A stretch of DNA of 64,000 nucleotides. It comes from Corallococcus coralloides (lineage in GTDB: Bacteria > Myxococcota > Myxococcia > Myxococcales > Myxococcaceae). Positions 57,297 through 64,000 of the stretch are shown here, piece by piece. A program made the position numbers and the translations under genes. Where the stretch lies: the NCBI RefSeq assembly GCF_044792175.1, contig NZ_CP172866.1. One strand, given 5' to 3'. Under the pieces are notes generated by a model. It was not told the origin of the DNA and ran no database searches. It saw only the letters and a program-made list of their open reading frames with translations. Every line of letters begins with the position of its first letter. Position 1 is the stretch's first letter.

Positions 57297-58826
57297 ATGC
57301 GCCTCTACTTCCTGACCCCCGCGCTGCTGCTCCTCGGGGCGTGTTCGCTTGAATCCGAACCGAACCCGCCCCCGTCCACCCGCTTCGTGTACCCCAGCGG
57401 GGTGGCGTTCTGGCGCCCTCCGGCGGCGGGAGGCCCCTCGGCGAGCAACGGCTACCTCTTCGTCGCGAACGCCAACTTCGACAACTGCTACGACTCCGGT
57501 TCGGTGGTGGCGCTGAACCTGGACACGCTGAGCACGCAGGTGGACGGGCAGGCCGTCATGGTCCCCCACCTGGGTGGCGCGCTCCCGGACGCCGCGCTCT
57601 CCTTCGAGGACCTGAGCTCCGCGGACGAATCACTGGTGCAGATCCGCAGCTTCGCGGGCGAGCTGGGCCTGTGGGTGAACCCGGCCACGGGGCTGCCGCG
57701 CCTGTTCGTCCCCTCGCGCGCGGAGGGCAACAACCTGAACGCGGTGGACGTGAGCGTGGAGGCCAACGGCGCTCCGGTGCTCACCTGCGTGCAGGGCGGC
57801 GTGGACTGCCGCGACGGCGCGCTGTCGCTCACCGACGACATCCCGTCCTCCCTCAGTGACGAGGGACGCGCGGGCCTGCCCCGCGCCCCGTCGCCCATCG
57901 GCGTGACGGTGGATGAGGCGAGCGGCAACCTGTACGTGACGCACTCGGAGGCGGCGGACTCGCCCGCGAAGTCCAGCAGCAACTTCGAGAACTACCTGGC
58001 CACGGTGAAGCTGGACAACCCCACGCGCGACACGCTGGGCTTCATCTCGCTGTCCCCCTCGGGCTACCTCTACGGCGGCTCGGATTCGGTGACGGTGGGC
58101 GCGGGCTTCCTCTACGTGACGGGCCGCAACTTCGTGGCCGGCATCAGCGGCACCGTGCCCGGCAACTTCGTGCTGCGGCTGGTGGACAAGAACGACCCCG
58201 GCACCATCCTGGAGCCCTCGCTGCAGGCGAGTTTCCGCATCCGCGAGGCGCGCGCGGCGCGCGTGGTGCCCCGCCCGGTGACGGCGGAGGAGCTGGCGGC
58301 GCGCCCGAACTTCGTGCGCGAGCGGCTGTACATGCTGGCGCGCGGCCCGGACACCCTGCTCACCATCGACTTCGAGTACGACGCGGTCCCGGGAGGGGCC
58401 TCCACCCAGCCCTTCTTCCGGGTGGTCTCCGCGGTGCCCATGCCTGACGGCGTGAGCGACATGCAGGTCATCTCGCGGACGCCGGGCGTGCCCAACGCGG
58501 ACACCCACATCATCGCGGTGACGAGCACCGGCGACAGCGCGGTGTCCCTCTACGACGAGGCGCTCGGGCAGGTCGTGGCGCAGGTGCCGCTCGTCAACAA
58601 CCAGAACCAGACCAGCAACCCGTCGCAGGCCTTCGGGCTCACGGTGGACAACCCCGCCGGGACGAACGCGGCGCGGCTGTTCGTGACCAATTTCGGTGAC
58701 GGACAGGTGGCCATCGTGGACATCCCCGACCTCGGGCGTCCCCAGGACGCGCGGGTGGTGGCGAAGCTGGGCACGCAGCAGCAGCGTGATCCGAACCAGG
58801 GCACCAGCGTGTGCCAGGAGAACTGA
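57297..58826 (+). CDS. Large lipoprotein with beta-propeller-like repeats (509 aa).
   Basis: It has a lipobox LLLLGACS and repeated motifs NLYVTHS, FLYVTGRNF and RLFVTNFGDGQVAIVDI, as in YVTN/LVIVD-type propeller blades. It lies in the frame of ORF 56655..58826. Confidence 0.6.
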   Translation: MRLYFLTPALLLLGACSLESEPNPPPSTRFVYPSGVAFWRPPAAGGPSASNGYLFVANANFDNCYDSGSVVALNLDTLSTQVDGQAVMVPHLGGALPDAALSFEDLSSADESLVQIRSFAGELGLWVNPATGLPRLFVPSRAEGNNLNAVDVSVEANGAPVLTCVQGGVDCRDGALSLTDDIPSSLSDEGRAGLPRAPSPIGVTVDEASGNLYVTHSEAADSPAKSSSNFENYLATVKLDNPTRDTLGFISLSPSGYLYGGSDSVTVGAGFLYVTGRNFVAGISGTVPGNFVLRLVDKNDPGTILEPSLQASFRIREARAARVVPRPVTAEELAARPNFVRERLYMLARGPDTLLTIDFEYDAVPGGASTQPFFRVVSAVPMPDGVSDMQVISRTPGVPNADTHIIAVTSTGDSAVSLYDEALGQVVAQVPLVNNQNQTSNPSQAFGLTVDNPAGTNAARLFVTNFGDGQVAIVDIPDLGRPQDARVVAKLGTQQQRDPNQGTSVCQEN

Positions 58827-61057
58827 CCTTGAAGCGCGGCTTTCTTGCTGCCCTGTTGCTGAGCGGCGCGAGCCTCGCGCTCGCCTGCTCCGACACCACC
58901 TCCACGGCGGGCGCCGCCGGCCTGTCCGGCACGTACGACGTGGTGCTCGCCAACCAGCTCGTCTTCGTCACCTCGCAGGACCGGGATGAGCTGCGCGTGC
59001 TGGACCTGACGCGCTCGCCGCGTGAGTTCATCCCCGCGCCCAACCCGCTGGAGCCCCTGGCCATCCCCGTCATCGCGCGGCCGGACTCACTCACGCGCGA
59101 CGTGGGCTACGACGCCGCGGGCAAGGACGTGTCCGGCCCGTACATCTACGCGCGCAGCTCCGGCGGCCGCGGCATCTCCGTGGTGGCCGCGGACCGCGCG
59201 CGCCTCAACGAGGTGACGCGCCTGGCGACCGGCCAGCTCATCACCGCCTTCGCCGCGCACGCCCCGGTGGCGGAGGGCGCGCCGAGCGTCCTGTACTACG
59301 CGCTCCAGACCCGCCCGGAGGCCGCCGAGCAGCTCTGCGGTCCCTTCGGCGGCGGGGTGGTGATGCGCCAGGACCTGCCCGGCCCCGAGGGCTTCGACGC
59401 GAGCGCGCTGCCTCCGGCGCTGCCCGTCTTCTGCCTCAAGCCGGCGGACACGGTGCTGTCCATGGTCACGCTGCCCGCGCGGGCCGACGCGGCGGACTCG
59501 CTGGTGGTCGCCATCCGGAACGTGTCCGGCACCAGCCGGCTGGTGCGCGTCGTCGCGGACGGGGCGTCCGTGGAGGTCGCGTACAAGCGGCCGCGTCCGG
59601 CGCCCTACGCGGTGCCCGACTACGCGGACCTGGTGGACATCCCGGCGCGGCTCGTGGCCACGCACCCCAGCTACGAGGTGCAGAAGCCCAAGCTCGACAA
59701 TGGGACCTGCCCGGCGGGCAGCGAGGAGAAGAGCCGGGAGGACGGGACCACGTACTGCAGCGAGTCCTGGCCCGCGGGCCGCTTCGTGTTCGCGGTGCTG
59801 GACGAGCTGACGTGCAACTCGTCTGACTGCGAGGGCGTCATCGCGCTCGACAACGGGCCGGACCCGGTGGCGGCTCCGTCCCCGGCGCCGGTGCTCGCCC
59901 GCGACATCACCGGCGCGCCCATGCTGACCCTGCGGCCCACCGCGGGGCTGCCCACCGGCCTCACGCTGCGCACGGGCCTGGAGGTCCGCGAGCTGCTGGC
60001 GGACGGCGTGGGCTACACCACCGGTATCCCGCTCCTGGGCATCATGCCGTCGTCCGACGGGAAGATTACCCTCTTCCGCGCGGACGAGCGGCGCGCGTTC
60101 AACCTGGACCGCGGCTCCGACAACGTTCCCCTGGACGCGTCCGTGTCCGCGGAGCTGCGCGACAGCAACGAGCTGACGCGCGCGGATCAGTTCCCGGGCA
60201 TCCTCGTGGAGCAGCCCGGCTGTCCCCAGGTGCAGAACACGACCAACGTGACCGCGTTCCTCTGCAACGGCTCGGTGCCCAACGGGACGTACCGCTTCGT
60301 CTTCCAGGGCGTGCTGCCCGGACTGGTGGGCCTCTCGCGCGACCTGACCCAGGACGACCCCGCGCTCCTCGTGGAGACGTCCGTGGCGACGGCCCGCGGC
60401 GTGATCCCGGGAGACTCCATCATCCTGGCGAACAACGCGGGCGCCTGCCCGGCGGTCATCCCCATCCTGCGCCTGGAGGACCAGGGCAACGGCCTCACCC
60501 GGCTCTACCCGAACCTGTCCGACCCGGCGGTCGCCGCCGCGGCGGAGCCCTGCGCGTCGTTCCCGTCGTTCTCCGTGCGCGCGGGCCCGAAAGTGAAGCC
60601 CTTCGTGCTCTATGCTGGCGCGGAGACCCGCGACAGCTACCTGCAGCGCCTGGACGTCAACGAGGCGTACACGGTCTCCACGTTCCTGGACTACTACTAC
60701 CACGCGGACGGCTTCGACCTGGGGCTGGACCCGCCCCGCTCGCCGACCACCTTCGCGCCCGCGCCGTTGACGCTCAAGATCACGCCCACCATCGGCGTGG
60801 AGAGCCGGCTCAACGCCGGTGACCGCTACCTGGTGACGCTGCTGCCGCGCTTCCGCCGCTACGTCTTCGGCGTGGACACCACCTCGGCGAGCAACCTGGC
60901 GGTCTACACCCTGCCTTCCTCCGTGGTGGCCACGGACGTGGACGGCTCCAGCCTGGCCTACGTCGCGTACCCCTCGGCGGACGGCGTGCTCCAGGTGGCC
61001 CTGGAGTCGATCACCGACAACCTGGACAACCTCACGTATCTCCGGGCGTTCCAGTAA
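58811..61057 (+). CDS. Large lipoprotein of unknown function (~742-748 aa).
   Basis: The in-frame TTG at 58829 gives (M)KRGFLAALLLSGASLALAC (lipobox) immediately after the upstream stop. It has several Cys pairs and beta-rich composition, and no family was recognised. Confidence 0.6.
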   Translation: MPGELTLKRGFLAALLLSGASLALACSDTTSTAGAAGLSGTYDVVLANQLVFVTSQDRDELRVLDLTRSPREFIPAPNPLEPLAIPVIARPDSLTRDVGYDAAGKDVSGPYIYARSSGGRGISVVAADRARLNEVTRLATGQLITAFAAHAPVAEGAPSVLYYALQTRPEAAEQLCGPFGGGVVMRQDLPGPEGFDASALPPALPVFCLKPADTVLSMVTLPARADAADSLVVAIRNVSGTSRLVRVVADGASVEVAYKRPRPAPYAVPDYADLVDIPARLVATHPSYEVQKPKLDNGTCPAGSEEKSREDGTTYCSESWPAGRFVFAVLDELTCNSSDCEGVIALDNGPDPVAAPSPAPVLARDITGAPMLTLRPTAGLPTGLTLRTGLEVRELLADGVGYTTGIPLLGIMPSSDGKITLFRADERRAFNLDRGSDNVPLDASVSAELRDSNELTRADQFPGILVEQPGCPQVQNTTNVTAFLCNGSVPNGTYRFVFQGVLPGLVGLSRDLTQDDPALLVETSVATARGVIPGDSIILANNAGACPAVIPILRLEDQGNGLTRLYPNLSDPAVAAAAEPCASFPSFSVRAGPKVKPFVLYAGAETRDSYLQRLDVNEAYTVSTFLDYYYHADGFDLGLDPPRSPTTFAPAPLTLKITPTIGVESRLNAGDRYLVTLLPRFRRYVFGVDTTSASNLAVYTLPSSVVATDVDGSSLAYVAYPSADGVLQVALESITDNLDNLTYLRAFQ

Positions 61058-61120
61058 CTGGGCGCGCCCGAGCGGCTCTGCTATCGTCCCTCACGTCCAG
61101 CATTTCCCGAGCCAAGACCG

Positions 61121-61978
61121 ATGATCGATCAGAACTCCCGTCCCGCACGCAAGGTCGGCATCGCCGAGCACCTGTGGGAGACGTACGAAGAGATGGCCCA
61201 GCAGATGGGCTCGGATCGCGACGCGCTCATCAACCAGGCGCTGTTCATGTTCGCGCGCCTCAACGGCTTCATCGACGTGAGGACGAAGGGCGAGCCCGCC
61301 GTGGCGGCGGTGCCGTCCGCCGCGCCCGCGCCGGCGGCGCGTCCGGCCGCTTCCACGCCCCCGGCCTCCGCGGCCAAGGGCGCTCCCCCGGTCCTGGCCC
61401 CCGCGCCGGCCGCGCGCCCCGCCGCGCGCAACGCGGAGGAGCGGCCCTCCTCCAACGGGCTGGACAATGATCCGGTCCGCCGCGAGGTCGCCGAGCGCGT
61501 CCTGGAGACGGCCGCCGAGCTGGAGCGGCTCATCAAGGGCAAGAACGAGCCGCCCCCGCCCTCCGCGGACGACATGATCGAGGACGAGGAGGAGCCCCTG
61601 CCCGAGCAGGAGGAGCCGCCGCTCGACGACATGCAGGACGAGCCTCCCGAGGAGGCCGAGGAAGAAGAGCCCATGGAGGAGCCGGACGAGGAGGAGGGCG
61701 CCGCGCTCTACCTCGTCACGGAGTCCGGCGAGCAGGAGAAGATCGTCAAGGACCGCTACGTCATCGGCCGCGGCAAGCACTGCGACTTCGTCATCAACTC
61801 CGGCAAGGTGTCGCGCGAGCACGCCGTCATCGCCCGCGACGGCGGCGACTTCTACATCGAGGACCTCGGCTCCTCGAACGGGACCTGGTTCAACAAGCAG
61901 CGCATCAAGCGCCGCAAGGTCGAGGACGGGGACGAGTACTTCATCTGCAGCGAGAAGATCCGCCTCGTCATCCACTGA
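61121..61978 (+). CDS. FHA-domain protein with an N-terminal RHH/antitoxin-like helical module and an acidic linker.
   Basis: It has the C-terminal FHA YVIGRGKHCDFVINSGKVSREHAVIARDGGDFYIEDLGSSNGTWFN, the N-terminal segment HLWETYEEMAQQMGSDRDALINQALFMFARLNGFI and the linker EEPPLDDMQDEPPEEAEEEEPMEEPDEEE. Confidence 0.8.
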   Translation: MIDQNSRPARKVGIAEHLWETYEEMAQQMGSDRDALINQALFMFARLNGFIDVRTKGEPAVAAVPSAAPAPAARPAASTPPASAAKGAPPVLAPAPAARPAARNAEERPSSNGLDNDPVRREVAERVLETAAELERLIKGKNEPPPPSADDMIEDEEEPLPEQEEPPLDDMQDEPPEEAEEEEPMEEPDEEEGAALYLVTESGEQEKIVKDRYVIGRGKHCDFVINSGKVSREHAVIARDGGDFYIEDLGSSNGTWFNKQRIKRRKVEDGDEYFICSEKIRLVIH

Positions 61979-62090
61979 TGCCGGGATGACGCGGGGCCCC
62001 ACGGTGCGATGGCCTTGTTCAGGAATTGACGGGCTGAGGGCCTCCATTGTTTGATGGGGGTCGCCTGCTCCCTATGGGAGCAGGTGCCGA

Positions 62091-62627
62091 ATGACACCTG
62101 TTCAGCTCGCGCTGTGGACGATTCTGGGAGTGGCCCTGGTGATTGCGGTGGTGACCGACGTGCTGCGCCGGCTCATCCCGAACGCCGTGACCTATCCGCT
62201 CATCGTGCTGGGGCTCGGGGTGCGCGGTGTGTCCGAAGGGGTGGGCGGGCTGGAGTCGGGGCTGGTGAGCGGGCTTCTGGCGGGCGCGGGACTCGCGCTG
62301 CTGCTGGTGCCGGGTGCGCTGCGCGGGCGCATGGGGTGGGGTGACGTCAAGCTGATGGCGGGCGTGGGCTGCGTGCTGGGCTTTCCCACGGTGCTCGCCG
62401 CGGCGGCCTTCATCTCGCTCACGGGTGCGCTGCAGGCCCTCGTCACGCTGCTGTGGCAGGGGGCCGTCTGGGACACGCTGGCGGCGGTGGCCCGCCGCTG
62501 GGCGGTGCGGATGAAATGGATGCGCGAGGAAACCTCGCCCGCTCCGGTGCGACACATCCCCTACGGCGTCTCCATCGCGCTCGGGACTTTCTGGGCCATG
62601 TGGTGGCAGCAACAACATCTGGGATAG
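62091..62627 (+). CDS. A24-family prepilin peptidase (CpaA/TadV-like).
   Basis: It is a 178-aa polytopic membrane protein with catalytic Asp motifs (VVTDVLRRLIPN and GRMGWGDVKLMAGVG). Confidence 0.8.
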   Translation: MTPVQLALWTILGVALVIAVVTDVLRRLIPNAVTYPLIVLGLGVRGVSEGVGGLESGLVSGLLAGAGLALLLVPGALRGRMGWGDVKLMAGVGCVLGFPTVLAAAAFISLTGALQALVTLLWQGAVWDTLAAVARRWAVRMKWMREETSPAPVRHIPYGVSIALGTFWAMWWQQQHLG

Positions 62628-62673
62628 CGCGCCGTCAGGCCGGGCGCGCGCACGCAAGAAGGGGACTCACACG

Positions 62674-64000
62674 ATGTTCACTCGCTTCACGCAAGCCCTG
62701 GCGCTCGGCGCCGTCGTCACGGTGGTGGCCAGCGCCCCTGCCCAGGCCCAGGAGGGCAGCTCCGTCAGCCTGGGCGTGGGTACCCAGAAGGTGCTCACCA
62801 TTCCCGGCCTCAGCCGCGTCGCGCTGGGTGATCCATCCATCGCCGAGGTGAAGACGCTCGGCACCGGCCAGTTGCTCGTCACCGGTAACGCCGAAGGCAA
62901 GACGACGCTGCTCGTCTGGAAGTCCTCCGGTCAGCGCATCAGCTACCTGGTGACGGTCCGCAAGCAGGACCCCAACGAGGTCATCTCCGAGATCAAGCGC
63001 CTGCTCGGCGAAATCGAAGGCGTGTCCGTGCGCATGGTGGGCGACCGCATCTACCTGGACGGTCAGGCCTACACCACGCAGGACGCGGACCGCATCGAGC
63101 AGGTGGTGAGCCTGTACCCGAACGTGAAGTCGTTCGTGAAGATCGCCCCCAACGCCAAGAAGCTGGTGGCCCAGAACCTGAACGCGGCCTTCCAGAAGGC
63201 GGGCCTGAAGAACGTGCAGGCCAACGTGGTGGGCGCGACCATCTTCCTGGAGGGCTCCGTGGAGAGCCAGCAGGACCTCCAGAAGGCGGAGCTCATCACC
63301 AAGGCCATCGGCGAGAAGGTGGAGAACCTGCTCGTGGTCGGCATCAAGCGGATGATCCTCTCCGAGGTCCAGTTCGTCGAGATCCGCCGCAACAGCCGCG
63401 ACCGCTACGGCATCAAGTACCCCACGGACATCACCGGCACGCTGACGGCCACCGCCACGCTGAACAAGGCGCTCATCCCGTCTGGCGACGCCATCTCCAA
63501 CCTGGTGATGGGCGCGACGGGCGGCTCCGACCTGAGCATCGGCTTCCAGGCCAACGACGGTTACGGCCGCCTGCTGGCGCAGCCCAAGCTGGTGTGCGCC
63601 AGCGGTGAGAAGGCGGAGTTCCTCGCCGGCGGCGAGGTGCCCATCCCCCTCATCACCAACACGCAGTTCACGGTGGAGTACAAGCCCTACGGCGTCATCC
63701 TGAACATCCGCCCCACCGCGGACCGCAACGGCAACATCCAGACGGAGGTGGAGGCCGAGGCCTCTGAAATCGACACCTCCGTGTCCGTGTCCTTCGGTGG
63801 TTCGTCCGCCATCCCCGGCTTCCGCACCCGCAAGGTGAAGACGAACGTCACCGTGCGCCACGGTGAGACCATCGTGCTGTCCGGCGTGTTCAGCCACGAC
63901 GAGCAGAAGGCCGTCGCGAAGCTGCCCGGCCTGGGTCACATCCCCATCGTGGGCGAGCTGTTCAAGAACCGCGCGTTCGACTCCACCAAGCGCGAGCTGG
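62674..64000 (+). CDS. Tad/Flp-type secretin (CpaC/RcpA-like), 3'-partial at the window end.
   Basis: It has the signal ALALGAVVTVVASAPAQA and an N-terminal pilus-formation domain (VSLGVGTQKVLTIPGLSRVALGDPSIAEVK), followed by the secretin core LLAQPKLVCASGEKAEFLAGGEVPIPLI...YKPYGVILNIRP and HGETIVLSGVF...KLPGLGHIPIVGELF. The ATG at 62674 follows a good RBS, and the ORF is open to the end of the window. Confidence 0.85.
   Translation, partial: MFTRFTQALALGAVVTVVASAPAQAQEGSSVSLGVGTQKVLTIPGLSRVALGDPSIAEVKTLGTGQLLVTGNAEGKTTLLVWKSSGQRISYLVTVRKQDPNEVISEIKRLLGEIEGVSVRMVGDRIYLDGQAYTTQDADRIEQVVSLYPNVKSFVKIAPNAKKLVAQNLNAAFQKAGLKNVQANVVGATIFLEGSVESQQDLQKAELITKAIGEKVENLLVVGIKRMILSEVQFVEIRRNSRDRYGIKYPTDITGTLTATATLNKALIPSGDAISNLVMGATGGSDLSIGFQANDGYGRLLAQPKLVCASGEKAEFLAGGEVPIPLITNTQFTVEYKPYGVILNIRPTADRNGNIQTEVEAEASEIDTSVSVSFGGSSAIPGFRTRKVKTNVTVRHGETIVLSGVFSHDEQKAVAKLPGLGHIPIVGELFKNRAFDSTKREL

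Overview
This is a high-GC (~69%) myxobacterial chromosomal window, probably Myxococcus or Corallococcus; gene order and content match the Myxococcus xanthus rpoBC neighbourhood. Most of it is conserved housekeeping. It carries metF and a partial hom, then the glycine-cleavage genes gcvT, gcvH and gcvP, then asd and a ferredoxin gene. The translation and transcription core follows: tRNA-Thr/Tyr/Gly/Thr, tuf, rpmG, tRNA-Trp, secE, nusG, rplK, rplA, rplJ, rplL, rpoB and rpoC, all on the plus strand. Further downstream are recO and glyQ/glyS. Accessory-looking genes are interspersed. They include a TonB-like protein with a CDF transporter, SpoIID-like and beta-helix lipoproteins, and a cysteine-rich VWA lipoprotein resembling the gliding adhesin CglB. 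Directly after rpoC there are two phasin-like genes, a lytic transglycosylase and a TPR lipoprotein resembling Tgl. The window also holds HrpB, a tandem pair of paralogous Pol-beta-type nucleotidyltransferases followed by a eukaryotic-like Ser/Thr kinase, two large lipoproteins and the start of a Tad/Flp-like (Kil-like) secretion locus. That locus starts with an FHA-domain protein, a prepilin peptidase and a secretin that is truncated at the window end. No CRISPR arrays, transposases or integrases were recognised. Many long antisense ORFs in the six-frame track are high-GC artefacts.
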